Assembly: GCA_029265155.1 (NCBI GenBank)
Contig: JAJUJV010000001.1
Span: 1-52,861, forward strand
DNA: 52,861 bases
From: Altererythrobacter sp.
GTDB taxonomy: Bacteria; Pseudomonadota; Alphaproteobacteria; Sphingomonadales; Sphingomonadaceae
Direction of reading: 5' to 3'
Positions 37,699-48,858 of the stretch are shown here, one piece after another (position 1 is the first letter of the stretch; each line of letters starts with the position of its first letter). The position numbers and the translations under genes were made by a program. The notes under the pieces are model-generated. The model was given only the letters and a program-made list of their open reading frames with translations, was not told where the DNA came from and ran no database searches.

Positions 37699-38711
37699 GC
37701 CGCGTGACGTAGCAGGAAAGGCTCGTAGAAGCGCTCGAGCTCGCCCAGGACTTGCTCCGGATCGTCGATGAAGTTCACGAAATTCCTGAACTCGGCCGAT
37801 CCCGGCAATCCCTTGGTATACCACCCGAGGTGCTTGCGGGCGATCTTGACGCCGACGTCCGCACCGTAATGGGCCAGCATCGCGTGGTAGTGCTCGACAA
37901 GCACCGCATACTGCTCAGCCTGATCCGGCTCCGGACGAAATTCGCCACTACGCCACCAGTGCATCACTTGGCCGAGCAGCCACGGTTTGCCGTAAGCGCC
38001 GCGGCCGATCATCACACCATCGGCGGCCGACTGCTCAAGCGCGAGCGCGGCGTCCTCGATGCCGCAGATGTCGCCGTTGACGATCACCGGGATCGACACG
38101 GCGTTCTTGACCTTGCGGACAAACGCCCAGTCCGCCTCGCCCTTGTACATCTGGTTGCGAGTGCGGCCGTGCACTGTGATCAGCTTGGCGCCGAGGTCCT
38201 CAGCAATGCGCGCCAGTTCGGGCGCGTTGAGGCTGGAGTGATCCCAGCCCATGCGCATCTTCACCGTCACTGGCACCGACACCGCCTTGACCGTAGCCTC
38301 GATCAGGCTTGCGGCCAGCGGCAGGTCGCGCATCAACGCGCTGCCGGCGTCGCCGTTCACGACTTTCTTGACCGGGCAACCCATGTTGATGTCAATGATT
38401 GCGGCGCCGCGGTCCTCGTTGAGCTTGGCCGCCTCGCCCATCTCCGCTGGGCTGCATCCGGCGAGCTGCAGCGACACGGGTTCCTCGACCGGGTCCCAAG
38501 CCGCTTTCTGAAGGCTCTGGCGCGTCTCGCGGATCATCGCCGGGCTGGCGATCATCTCTGTCACATTGAGACCCGACCCGTAACGGCGCACCAGCGTACG
38601 GAACGGCATGTCGGTCACACCCGTCATCGGGGCGAGCACGACAGGGCAGTCGATCTGCACCGGACCGATTTTAATCGGTTTGAGCGCTGGGGGGGTGGGG
38701 AGTGGGGTCAT
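37695..38711 (-). CDS. dusB: tRNA dihydrouridine synthase DusB (NifR3)
   Basis: [37 protein letters not shown]. Confidence 0.95.
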   Translation of the reverse strand: MTPLPTPPALKPIKIGPVQIDCPVVLAPMTGVTDMPFRTLVRRYGSGLNVTEMIASPAMIRETRQSLQKAAWDPVEEPVSLQLAGCSPAEMGEAAKLNEDRGAAIIDINMGCPVKKVVNGDAGSALMRDLPLAASLIEATVKAVSVPVTVKMRMGWDHSSLNAPELARIAEDLGAKLITVHGRTRNQMYKGEADWAFVRKVKNAVSIPVIVNGDICGIEDAALALEQSAADGVMIGRGAYGKPWLLGQVMHWWRSGEFRPEPDQAEQYAVLVEHYHAMLAHYGADVGVKIARKHLGWYTKGLPGSAEFRNFVNFIDDPEQVLGELERFYEPFLLRHAA

Positions 38712-38723
38712 TTATACTAAAAT

Positions 38724-38740
38724 TGCTCAAAAAACGGGCA
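38724..38740. promoter_or_regulatory. NtrC-like binding site TGC-N11-GCA
   Basis: TGCTCAAAAAACGGGCA, 17 bp with an A-tract core, just upstream of dusB-ntrBC. Confidence 0.5.
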
Positions 38741-38791
38741 GCGCATAGTGGATTGCGAGGGCCGCAGCAAGGCGCTAGCGCCCGCGCGGCC

Positions 38792-39943
38792 ATGGCTACC
38801 CTCCCCAATCAACGGTTTGCCGCAATAATCGTCGCGGCCGGCAAGGGATTGCGAGCCGGACAAGCGATCCCGAAGCAGTTTGCGCGCTGGCGCGGAAAGC
38901 CCCTCGTCCGCCACTCCGCCGAAGCCCTGACCGCGGCGGGCGCAGCGCCGCTGGTGGTAGCTATTCCGGACGGGTTTGCCGAGCACGCCCGCGACGCGCT
39001 CGAAGGACTCCCAGGCCTGCGGCTGGTGACCGGAGGGGCAACACGCCAGGGCTCGGTCCGGGCCGCGCTCGAGACCCTCCCGGACGATACCGCGGCGGTG
39101 CTGATCCACGATGCGGCCCGTCCGATCGTTCCTCTGTCGGTGGTGGAGCGGCTGCTCGAGGCGCTGCGGACCCATCCCGGCGCAATCCCGGTGTTGCCGG
39201 TCGTCGACAGCCTGGCGGTGGCCGGAGGCGATCTGATGACCGGAAGCGCCGACCGGGAGGCGCTGCGCCGCGTGCAGACCCCTCAGGCGTTCCGCTTTGC
39301 GGATATTCGCGCGGCGCACCGGGCATGGGCCGACGAACCCACGGCCGGCGACGACGCGCAAGTTGCGCGGGCGGCCAAGCTGCAAGTGGCGCTTGTCGAA
39401 GGCGACGAGCAAATGCGTAAACTGACTTTCGCGGAGGACTTCATGACGTCACCCGCCACGCCGCGGATCGGCATCGGCTACGATGTGCATCGGCTGGCGA
39501 AGGGCGAGGAGTTGTGGCTTTGCGGCGTCCGGGTCGAATATGACCGCGGCCTTTCCGGGCACAGCGATGCCGACGTCGTCCTGCACGCGGTGGTCGATGC
39601 GGTACTCGGCGCTTGCGGCCACGGCGACATCGGCCAGCACTTCCCCCCAAGCGATCCGCAATGGCGCGGCGCGCCGTCGAGCCGCTTCGTCGAGCATGCC
39701 GTTCGACTGGCGCGCGAGGCCGGTTATGCCGTCGGCAACGTGGACGTAACGCTGATCTGCGAGGCTCCGAAGGTGGGGCCCTACCGTGCCGCGATGCGGA
39801 ACAAGCTGGCAGCTTTGCTCGGCGTCGAGATAGACGCCGTTAATGTGAAAGCGACCACAACGGAGAAATTAGGCTTTACCGGCCGCGGCGAAGGTATCGC
39901 CAGCGAGGCCGTCGCCATGCTCATTCCGATCGAAAGGACCTAA
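38792..39943 (+). CDS. ispDF: Bifunctional IspD/IspF
   Basis: AAGKGLR...KQF, IHDAARP, QTPQAF; then IGYDVH, GHSDADV, GDIGQHFP, KATTTEKLG. Confidence 0.96.
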   Translation: MATLPNQRFAAIIVAAGKGLRAGQAIPKQFARWRGKPLVRHSAEALTAAGAAPLVVAIPDGFAEHARDALEGLPGLRLVTGGATRQGSVRAALETLPDDTAAVLIHDAARPIVPLSVVERLLEALRTHPGAIPVLPVVDSLAVAGGDLMTGSADREALRRVQTPQAFRFADIRAAHRAWADEPTAGDDAQVARAAKLQVALVEGDEQMRKLTFAEDFMTSPATPRIGIGYDVHRLAKGEELWLCGVRVEYDRGLSGHSDADVVLHAVVDAVLGACGHGDIGQHFPPSDPQWRGAPSSRFVEHAVRLAREAGYAVGNVDVTLICEAPKVGPYRAAMRNKLAALLGVEIDAVNVKATTTEKLGFTGRGEGIASEAVAMLIPIERT

Positions 39944-39950
39944 AATAGCC

Positions 39951-40493
39951 ATGGGATGGACGAAGGCACTGACAATGCTCGGCGCGGCAGCGGCGGCGTT
40001 ACAGCCCGTCGCGGTTAGTGCGCAGCAGGCATGCGTCACCGAAGAGGAAGCAGGCGCGATCGCGATCTACAGCGTGCCTAGCCTGGTCCAGGCGGTTCGT
40101 TTGCGGTGCGACGGGCAGCTCTCGCCGAACGGCTTCCTGGCGAGAAGCGGAAACGATCTGATCAACCGCTACGGCCCGGTCCAGTCGCAAGCTTGGCCGG
40201 AGGCGAAATCTGGGCTCATCAAGGTGTTGACGAGCAAGGCCGGCGCCGCGCAGCGCCCCGGCAATCTGGAGATGATCCGCTCCCTTCCTGACGATGCCGT
40301 CCGTCCGCTGATCGACGCGCTGATCGTTCAGGAGACCTCCGCCAAGATCCCGACAGGCCATTGCGGCCAGGTCGAGCGCGTCATCCAGTATGTTGCGCCG
40401 ATCGATCCGCAGACAGCGAGCGGCCTGCTGGGCGCCATTGCGGGCTTGGTAAACCATCGCGAATTCCCGGTCTGCCGGCCCCGCTCGTCATGA
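39951..40493 (+). CDS. Exported hypothetical protein with cysteines
   Basis: Signal peptide (AVSA-QQAC); fills the ispDF-cinA gap; stop overlaps the cinA ATG. Confidence 0.8.
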   Translation: MGWTKALTMLGAAAAALQPVAVSAQQACVTEEEAGAIAIYSVPSLVQAVRLRCDGQLSPNGFLARSGNDLINRYGPVQSQAWPEAKSGLIKVLTSKAGAAQRPGNLEMIRSLPDDAVRPLIDALIVQETSAKIPTGHCGQVERVIQYVAPIDPQTASGLLGAIAGLVNHREFPVCRPRSS

Positions 40494-40987
40494 GCGATGC
40501 CCTGCTTCCGAAGAACGTCGTCGATCTGGCGCGCCGGGTCGTCGAGGAAAACGCCGCTGCGGGTCGAACCATTGCTCTGGCGGAAAGCTGCACCGGCGGG
40601 CTTGTCGCAGCTGCCCTCACCGAAATTGCCGGGTCCTCGAAAGTCCTCGATCGCGGGTTCGTGACGTACTCGAATGCGGCCAAGCAGGAGAGCCTCGGCG
40701 TCGCGGGCGATATTCTCGATGCATTCGGCGCCGTGTCCGTCGCTTGCGTCTATGCGATGGCTCAAGGTGCGCTCGCGCGCAGCAAAGCCGACATTGCGGT
40801 AGCGATCAGCGGCATTGCGGGACCTGATGGCGGGTCCGAGCAGAAGCCGGTCGGCACCGTCGTTTTCGCCCGCGCGCTTCGCGGCGACAATCAACCGGAC
40901 GCCGAATCGCGCGTGTTCGACGCTAAGGATCGCGCCGGCGTGCGACTTCAAGCAACGCTGTGTGCGCTCGAGCTGTTGCTGCCGTAA
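40490..40987 (+). CDS. cinA: CinA/PncC family NMN deamidase
   Basis: AESCTGG, GFVTYSN, GAVS, SGIAGPDGG, KPVGTV. Confidence 0.92.
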   Translation: MSDALLPKNVVDLARRVVEENAAAGRTIALAESCTGGLVAAALTEIAGSSKVLDRGFVTYSNAAKQESLGVAGDILDAFGAVSVACVYAMAQGALARSKADIAVAISGIAGPDGGSEQKPVGTVVFARALRGDNQPDAESRVFDAKDRAGVRLQATLCALELLLP

Positions 40988-41409
40988 AGTTCGTCGGCGC
41001 GGGTTTCGAACGCCGCGACCATCTTGCGGAACGCGCGGTCGAAATATTGCCCGGCCAGCATCTCGAACATCTTGTTCTTAAAGGCGAATTCAACACAGAA
41101 ATCGATGTCGCAGCCGCCGTCAGCCCGAGGGATGAAGCGCCAGATGTTATCAAGATCGCGCATCGGCCCGTCGACGTATAGGACTTCGATGCGGTGCGGC
41201 CGATCCTTGATCACACGCGACGTGAACTTCTCACGTAAGGCTTTGAATCCAACCAGCATATCAGCGACCATCTCGGTCTCACTGTCGGATTTCACCCGGG
41301 TCGCAATGACCCAGGGCAGGAACTTGGGATAGTTCGCCACGTCGGCCACGAGATCGAACATCTGCTCAGCACTGTAGGGAAGAGTGCGCGTTTCGCGGAT
41401 GCCCGGCAT
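40948..41409 (-). CDS. RatA/PasT/Coq10 START-domain protein
   Basis: FDLVADVANYPKFLPW, FTSRV, AFETRA; coupled to lipA. Confidence 0.92.
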   Translation of the reverse strand: MPGIRETRTLPYSAEQMFDLVADVANYPKFLPWVIATRVKSDSETEMVADMLVGFKALREKFTSRVIKDRPHRIEVLYVDGPMRDLDNIWRFIPRADGGCDIDFCVEFAFKNKMFEMLAGQYFDRAFRKMVAAFETRADELYGSNSSSAHSVA

Positions 41410-42335
41410 CAGGCGCCTCTTCCGGCCAGGCGCGCCTCTCGCGCCGCCTTCATCTGCGCAAAGTCCTCGCCGGCGTGATAGCTGGAGCGGGTCAGCGGGC
41501 TGGAAGCAACCTGGAGGAAGCCCTTGGCCCGTGCAATCGCCCCATAGGCCCCGAACACCTGCGGGGTAACGAACTCGGCGACCTTGGCGTGCTTAGGCGT
41601 TGGTTGCAGGTACTGCCCCATAGTCAAAAAATCGACTTCCGCGCTGCGCATGTCATCCATCACCTGATGCACTTCGAGCCGTTCTTCACCGAGCCCCAGC
41701 ATGATCCCGGACTTAGTGAAGATCAGCGGATCGTGGCGCTTCACCTCTTCGAGCAACCGCAGCGAGGCGTAATAGCGCGCGCCGGGACGAATAGTCGGGT
41801 ACAGACGTGGCACCGTTTCGAGGTTGTGGTTGTAAACATCGGGACCAGCAGCACAAATCGCCTCGACCGCCGACCGCATCTTGCCCCTGAAGTCGGGAGT
41901 CAGAATCTCGATGGTGGTCTGCGGGCTGGTGCGGCGCACCGCTTCGATGACCCTGACGAACTGCCCTGCCCCGCCATCGGGCAAGTCGTCGCGGTCGACC
42001 GAGGTGATCACGATGTGCTCGAGGCCGAGCCGGGCCGCGGCGACGGCGACGTGTTCAGGCTCCAGCGGATCGACCTTGCGGGGCATCCCGGTCTTGACGT
42101 TGCAGAAGGCGCAGGCGCGCGTGCAGACGTCGCCGAGGATCATCACCGTCGCATGCTTCTTCGACCAGCATTCGCCGATGTTTGGGCACGCCGCTTCCTC
42201 ACAGACGGTATTGAGGCTCAGCTCGCGCATCAGCGAACGGGTTTCCTGGAAGCCCTTGCTGACCGGTGCCTTGACCCGGATCCAGTCCGGCTTGCGCTCG
42301 CGCGGCGGGCGGGGTGCTGCCGATAGGTCGTTCAT
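41409..42335 (-). CDS. lipA: Lipoyl synthase
   Basis: [26 protein letters not shown]; ATG 42335. Confidence 0.97.
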   Translation of the reverse strand: MNDLSAAPRPPRERKPDWIRVKAPVSKGFQETRSLMRELSLNTVCEEAACPNIGECWSKKHATVMILGDVCTRACAFCNVKTGMPRKVDPLEPEHVAVAAARLGLEHIVITSVDRDDLPDGGAGQFVRVIEAVRRTSPQTTIEILTPDFRGKMRSAVEAICAAGPDVYNHNLETVPRLYPTIRPGARYYASLRLLEEVKRHDPLIFTKSGIMLGLGEERLEVHQVMDDMRSAEVDFLTMGQYLQPTPKHAKVAEFVTPQVFGAYGAIARAKGFLQVASSPLTRSSYHAGEDFAQMKAAREARLAGRGA

Positions 42336-42395
42336 TACGGCCCACTTAGGGAAGCACCTTGCCAGTGGCAATGGCGCGCGGCATGGAGCCTGCCG

Positions 42396-43043
42396 ATGAT
42401 TATCCCGAGCACCGAACTCGCCGAACTCCTGCAAGGATACCGCCGCTTTCGCGAAGCCGGCTGGAAGTCGGAACGAGAGCGCTGGGCCAGCCTTTGCGAG
42501 GGTCAGCAGCCCCGCATCATGGTCATCGCCTGCTCCGACAGCCGGGTTGACCCGGCGCAGATTTTCGACGTTCATCCAGGCGAGATATTCGTCGTGCGCA
42601 ACGTCGCCGCCCTGGTCCCCCCCTTTGAGACCACTCCGGGCTTGCACGGTGTTTCCGCAGCTCTCGAGTTCGCGGTCCAGGTGCTCAAAGTGCGCGAGAT
42701 CGTCGTGATGGGGCACGGCATGTGCGGCGGTTGCAAAGCGGCCCTGACGCAAGAGCTGTCGGGCACCGACCCCGGACAGGGCGGCTTTATCGCCAACTGG
42801 ATCGAGATGCTCGATCCGGTCCGCGAACCGATTGCCAGCGAGCTCGGAACCGAGAGCCGCGCAGCCGAGCGGGCGATGGAAGAAGCGGCGGTCAAAGTCA
42901 GCCTCGCCAACCTGCGCACTTTCCCCTGTGTTCAGGAGAAAGAGAAGCGCGGCAGCCTTACCTTGCGCGGTGCGTTCTTCGCGATCTCCGATGGGATATT
43001 GCACCTTCTCGACGAGAAGACCGGGAAGTTCTCGCCGGCCTGA
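42396..43043 (+). CDS. Beta-class carbonic anhydrase
   Basis: CSDSRV, RNVA, HGMCGG zinc ligands. Confidence 0.94.
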   Translation: MIIPSTELAELLQGYRRFREAGWKSERERWASLCEGQQPRIMVIACSDSRVDPAQIFDVHPGEIFVVRNVAALVPPFETTPGLHGVSAALEFAVQVLKVREIVVMGHGMCGGCKAALTQELSGTDPGQGGFIANWIEMLDPVREPIASELGTESRAAERAMEEAAVKVSLANLRTFPCVQEKEKRGSLTLRGAFFAISDGILHLLDEKTGKFSPA

Positions 43044-43081
43044 ACTTGCCACGGCGCAGCCGACAGGCCATCTCGCGCGGC

Positions 43082-43795
43082 ATGTCCGACGAACCGCTAA
43101 AGAACATCGCGCTGCTGATCGATGCCGACAATGCCAGCCATGCCGGCATCGACGCGGTTCTGACCGTACTCGCCGAACTGGGACAGGTGAACATCCGCCG
43201 GGCGTATGGCAACTGGGCGAAGCCTGCGCTTAGCAAATGGAATCAGATCACTCATCGTTACGGCTTGCAGCCGATGCAGCAGTTCGACCTCACGAAGGGG
43301 AAGAACGCCACGGACATGGCGATGACGATCGATGCGATCGATCTGCTCTACCGCGGCAAAGTCGATGGCTTCGGCATCATGAGCTCGGACAGCGACTTCA
43401 CGCCGCTCGTCACGCGGCTGCGTCAGGACGGGCTGATCGTCTATGGCTTCGGGAATGCCACGGCACCCGAAGCATTCAAGACTGCCTGCACCCGGTACAT
43501 CGACGTCGATCAACTGATCCGCACGCACGAGGCGGAAGAGGATACCCCGCCGGCCGAAAGCAACGTGATCGACCGTGAACTGATCGAGCTGCTCGGCGAT
43601 GCGTGGAAGGCATCGAAGCGCGACGACGAGGGCTTCGCCCGGCTGCAGGAAGTCGGACAGCTGGCGGGCAACCGCTCAAGCTTCGACGTTCGCAATTACG
43701 GCTTCAAGCGCTTGTCTGACCTGATGCGTGCGGCCAGCGACAACTTCAAGCTGGAGCGACGCGACAACCAGCTTTACGTCAAACGCTTGCGATAG
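43082..43795 (+). CDS. NYN-domain protein with C-terminal LOTUS/OST-HTH domain
   Basis: [21 protein letters not shown]; [14 protein letters not shown]. Confidence 0.9.
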   Translation: MSDEPLKNIALLIDADNASHAGIDAVLTVLAELGQVNIRRAYGNWAKPALSKWNQITHRYGLQPMQQFDLTKGKNATDMAMTIDAIDLLYRGKVDGFGIMSSDSDFTPLVTRLRQDGLIVYGFGNATAPEAFKTACTRYIDVDQLIRTHEAEEDTPPAESNVIDRELIELLGDAWKASKRDDEGFARLQEVGQLAGNRSSFDVRNYGFKRLSDLMRAASDNFKLERRDNQLYVKRLR

Positions 43796-43813
43796 CGGAC
43801 TTGGATCAGGCGC

Positions 43814-44329
43814 TCATCCGGCCTTGCACTGAGCGAGGCCCACCCCTTCGTAGACCACGCGGCCATAGCGATCCCGCAAGGTGACCGCCCCCTCGAATTC
43901 GTTGGGCCCATCCGCTTCGGTTCCACCCTCTGGCGTTTCCTCTCCGTCCACCGCGAGGCGCAGCGCGTATTCCCGGCTGTTGTAGAGGCTGCGGGTCCGC
44001 ATCGGCAGTTCGCGCGAGCCGGGATCCGCGGCGAAACGCACGACTTCCCCGTCGATCTTCATAAAGGCATCAGCTTCCCGCGAGATGACCCGTGTTCCGA
44101 AGCTCGTGCCGGGAGCGTAGTTGCACGTTTGGCCGTATAAGTCGTAGCGTTCGATATCCGGCAGCAGGATCGGCTCCGGGCTGACCAGTTCGATTGGCGG
44201 CATGACTTCGTTGGCCGCGTGGACCTGAGCGATATCCCGCGCGTCTTCCATGGCCTGCTCTTCCGGGGTGGCGCTCTCGCCGCACCCCGCAAGCAGGAGC
44301 AACGCTGCAGTTGCCGCCCATCGCCCCAT
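43814..44329 (-). CDS. Hypothetical lipoprotein
   Basis: ATG overlaps the mutL stop; lipobox LLLAGC. Confidence 0.8.
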   Translation of the reverse strand: MGRWAATAALLLLAGCGESATPEEQAMEDARDIAQVHAANEVMPPIELVSPEPILLPDIERYDLYGQTCNYAPGTSFGTRVISREADAFMKIDGEVVRFAADPGSRELPMRTRSLYNSREYALRLAVDGEETPEGGTEADGPNEFEGAVTLRDRYGRVVYEGVGLAQCKAG

Positions 44330-46140
44330 CAATGCCTCCCAAACAGCTTCTCGACGTCGGCCATCGATAGCTTGATCCATGTCGGCCTGCCATGATTGCA
44401 TTGCCCCGACCGGGGCGTCCGCTCCATTTCGCGCAGAAGGGCATTCATTTCGGCAACGCTCAACGTGCGCCCCGCCCGCACCGAACCGTGGCAGGCCATC
44501 GTCGCGAGCACGTGCTCGATGCGTTCGCCGAGGAGCAAGCTCTCACCATGAAGCGCCAAGTCGTCGGCCAGATCACGTAGCAGCGCCTCAGGGTCCGCCT
44601 TGGCCAGGGCCCCTGGCAAAGCGCGGACCAGCATGGCGCCGGGGCCGAACCGCTCGATGACGAGACCGAGGCGGGTGAAAGCCCCTGCCTGCTCTTCGAG
44701 ACGGTCGCAGGCCACCTCGTCCAGCTCGACCACTGCCGGAATGAGCAGGGCCTGGCTGGCCGCGACTTTATCACCTGCGCCGGCGGCGCGAAGCCGCTCC
44801 AGCACCAAGCGCTCGTGAGCGGCGTGCTGGTCGACCAGAACCAAGCCGTCCGCAGCCTCGGCCACGATGTAAGTTTGTGCCACCTGCCCGCGGGCGACGC
44901 CGAGGGGGTACGCGAGGCCCTCATCGGCGGGTGCAGCAGGCTCCGCCCTCCCCTGCGGCACGGCGAGAACGTCGGCGTCAGCCGGGCGCCAGGTCGAAGG
45001 TGGTTCGTGGAACGAGCCGCGGGGCGCGGACCAGTCGCGGCCGCTGAACATCGAGCGCAGCGCGGCGCCCGGTGCGTACGTCGGCTCAATGCGCGCAGGT
45101 TCCACCTGCCAGCGCTCCATCGCTGCGGCATCGGGTGTTTGGGCACTGCGCTTGTCGGCGCTGGCGAGGGCTTGGCGCAGGCCGGAGACGATGAAGCCGC
45201 GCACGCCGGCCGCGTCGCGAAATCGTACCTCGCTCTTGGCCGGATGGACATTAACATCAACGTCTTCGGCCGGCAGGTCGAGAAACAACGCGAGGACCGC
45301 ATGCCGGTCGCGCGCCAACATGTCGGCATAAGCGCCGCGAACCGCGCCGGTTAGCAGGCGATCCTTGACCGGGCGCCCGTTGACAAAGAGATATTGGTGG
45401 TCGGCCACACCGCGGTTGAAGGTGGGCAAGCCGGCAACGCCGGACAACCGCATGTCGCCGCGCTGCAGGTCGATGGTGACACCATTTCCAGCCAGCGCTC
45501 GGTCGACGATCTGCGCTACCCGAACCTCGATCTCCTCGCCGCCTTGCAGCGCCAGAATACGCCGATCCCCGTGGTCGAGCGAGATCGCCATGTCCGGCCG
45601 CGCCATGGCCAAGCGCCGGATGACGTCGAGGCAGGCCGCGTACTCGCTGCGCGGCGAGCGCAGGAACTTGCGCCGCGCCGGCACGCGCCCGAACAGGTCT
45701 TCGACCCGCACGCGGGTGCCCGGAGGCAAGGCAAACGGACCTTCTGCTATCACCGCTCCGTGATCGACGACGCGCCGCCAGCCTTCGGCCGCGTCGGCTT
45801 TCCGGCTTTCCAGCGTCAGCCTGGCGACGCTGGCGATCGAGGGTAGCGCCTCGCCGCGGAAGCCGAGGGTGGCGACCTGTTCGATCGCGTCGTCGGGCAG
45901 CTTAGAGGTCGCGTGCCGTTCGAGTGCGAGCGCCATCTCCTCCGGCGACATGCCGCAGCCGTCGTCGGTGACTTCGATGCGGGCGAGCCCGCCGTCGTCG
46001 ATCCGCACCGCGATCCGCGTCGCGCCGGAATCGATCGCGTTCTCGACCAGCTCCTTCAGAGCCGAGGCGGGCCGCTCGACGACTTCGCCCGCGGCAATAC
46101 GGTTGATCAGCGTCTCGGGAAGGCGGCGGATGGCAGGCAT
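44329..46140 (-). CDS. mutL: DNA mismatch repair endonuclease MutL
   Basis: IAAGEVVERP, GFRGEAL, DQHAAHERLVLE endonuclease motif, CNHGRP. Confidence 0.97.
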   Translation of the reverse strand: MPAIRRLPETLINRIAAGEVVERPASALKELVENAIDSGATRIAVRIDDGGLARIEVTDDGCGMSPEEMALALERHATSKLPDDAIEQVATLGFRGEALPSIASVARLTLESRKADAAEGWRRVVDHGAVIAEGPFALPPGTRVRVEDLFGRVPARRKFLRSPRSEYAACLDVIRRLAMARPDMAISLDHGDRRILALQGGEEIEVRVAQIVDRALAGNGVTIDLQRGDMRLSGVAGLPTFNRGVADHQYLFVNGRPVKDRLLTGAVRGAYADMLARDRHAVLALFLDLPAEDVDVNVHPAKSEVRFRDAAGVRGFIVSGLRQALASADKRSAQTPDAAAMERWQVEPARIEPTYAPGAALRSMFSGRDWSAPRGSFHEPPSTWRPADADVLAVPQGRAEPAAPADEGLAYPLGVARGQVAQTYIVAEAADGLVLVDQHAAHERLVLERLRAAGAGDKVAASQALLIPAVVELDEVACDRLEEQAGAFTRLGLVIERFGPGAMLVRALPGALAKADPEALLRDLADDLALHGESLLLGERIEHVLATMACHGSVRAGRTLSVAEMNALLREMERTPRSGQCNHGRPTWIKLSMADVEKLFGRH

Positions 46141-46242
46141 CGGCCCACGCTAGCGTTCAAACGGATGCAATTCGAGCCGGACAGTGCAAAACCCGCCGGG
46201 TTTGGGCACAAATTTTTAGCGTTTGTCGGTAACTCCGGCTAA

Positions 46243-47373
<1,131 letters not shown>

Positions 47374-47405
47374 GGAAGTCAATCGAGTAGAGGGAACAGG
47401 CGGTT

Positions 47406-48299
47406 ATGGCGCCGCCCACGAGCCGCCGGACAAGCAGTAACAAGAGAGCGCAACTGGGCGTCTTCACCGGCTATGTCTTGGCCGGTCTCGGCGCTCTGTT
47501 CGGCGCCGCGCTGCTGATCATCTCGATCATGCGGCCAGAAACGTTCAACGGCTTACGCATGATGGCTGCCGACGTGGCCTCACCGGCCGGCGAGGCAGGC
47601 GCGGTGGCGCGCACCGGCAGCCAGAACGTGTTCGATGCGATCGCCGGCTACTACCGGGCCGGCAGCCGCAACGCCGAACTCGAGAAAGAGGCCGAAATCG
47701 CCCGTATCCGGCTGGCAGAAGCCGAAGCGCTGCGGCAGGAAAACGCCCGTCTGAAGGCAGTGCTCGGTATCACCGAAGCGGACACTTCGCCGGTTGCGGT
47801 GGCTCGTCTGATCGGCTCCACGTCCTCAAGCGTGCGGCGGATTGGCTACATCTCCGCAGGACGGGACGACGGGGTGCAACCGGGAATGCCCATCACTTCG
47901 CCGACCGGGCTAATCGGCCGAGTGCTGGAAACCGGGGCACGAAGCTCGCGCGTGTTGCTCCTGACCGACAGCGAGAGCATGGTCCCGGTGCGCCGCTCGA
48001 CGGACAACACCGTCGCCTTTGCCGAAGGACGCTCCGACGGATCGCTGCGCCTCCGGCTGATCAACCTTGGCATCAACCCGATCAAGCCCGGCGACGTCTT
48101 CGTGACTTCGGGCGCAGGGGGCTTGTTCCGGCCCAACATAGCCGTTGCCGTGGCACGCCAGATCACGCGGGATGGCGCCATCGCCCAGTTGCTCAGCAAT
48201 CCCGCCGCCACGGACTTCGTCGTCGTCGAACCGATCTGGCAGCGCGAACTGACCAACCAGGCTTCCTCCCTTCGGGCGGGTGAGGCTGCGGCCGAGTGA
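47406..48299 (+). CDS. mreC: Rod shape-determining protein MreC
   Basis: N-terminal TM, coiled coil ENARLK, GLIGRV, VTSG; operon context. Confidence 0.93.
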   Translation: MAPPTSRRTSSNKRAQLGVFTGYVLAGLGALFGAALLIISIMRPETFNGLRMMAADVASPAGEAGAVARTGSQNVFDAIAGYYRAGSRNAELEKEAEIARIRLAEAEALRQENARLKAVLGITEADTSPVAVARLIGSTSSSVRRIGYISAGRDDGVQPGMPITSPTGLIGRVLETGARSSRVLLLTDSESMVPVRRSTDNTVAFAEGRSDGSLRLRLINLGINPIKPGDVFVTSGAGGLFRPNIAVAVARQITRDGAIAQLLSNPAATDFVVVEPIWQRELTNQASSLRAGEAAAE

Positions 48300-48853
48300 T
48301 GGAAACCCTCCACCCCAACGCGCGCAGGGACCCTTTCGGCAGCCGGATCAATCGGGCGCAATCGCCGCTACTCGCTTACGGTTTGCCCTGGGCGTCTATC
48401 CTGCTGGGCTCGTTGACGCCATGGCTGCCGATCATCTCGCCGGCCCCCGTGCTGCCGCCGCTGGGCTTGATGATGATACTCGCCTGGCGGCTGGTCCGTC
48501 CGGGACTCCTCCCGCTGTGGGCCGGTGTGCCGCTCGGCTTCTTCGACGACCTCTTCTCCGGACAACCCATGGGCAGCGGAATCCTGCTGTTCTCGCTGAT
48601 CCTCATCGGTATCGAGCTGATCGAGATCCGTTTCCCCTGGCGTAGCTTCTGGTTCGACTGGCTCACTGCCTCAGGTATCGTCGCCATTTATCTTGTGGTC
48701 GCGGGGTTGTTGTCCGGACTGGGCTTGTCGCTCGACCGCTTGCAGATACTCGTGCCTCAGCTGCTGCTCTCGATCATGCTGTTTCCATTCGTGGCTCGCC
48801 TCGTAGCGCATCTCGATCGTTTGCGGCTCATGCGGGTGAGGCGCATAAGCTGA
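48296..48853 (+). CDS. mreD: Rod shape-determining protein MreD (ATG 48299 is the alternative start)
   Basis: Hydrophobic, LGFFDDLFSGQPMG; between mreC and mrdA. Confidence 0.88.
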   Translation: MMETLHPNARRDPFGSRINRAQSPLLAYGLPWASILLGSLTPWLPIISPAPVLPPLGLMMILAWRLVRPGLLPLWAGVPLGFFDDLFSGQPMGSGILLFSLILIGIELIEIRFPWRSFWFDWLTASGIVAIYLVVAGLLSGLGLSLDRLQILVPQLLLSIMLFPFVARLVAHLDRLRLMRVRRIS

Positions 48854-48858
48854 AAGTC

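Noticed and set aside
40948-41409. RatA as a toxin-antitoxin toxin
   Set aside because: No RatB partner; the lipA-linked Coq10-like quinone-binding role is the established interpretation
41409-43052. 547-aa extended LipA, and extended starts for NYN, tatD, phoB, ntrB and rodA in the ORF track
   Set aside because: Extensions overlap neighbouring real genes; downstream starts have RBS or coupling support
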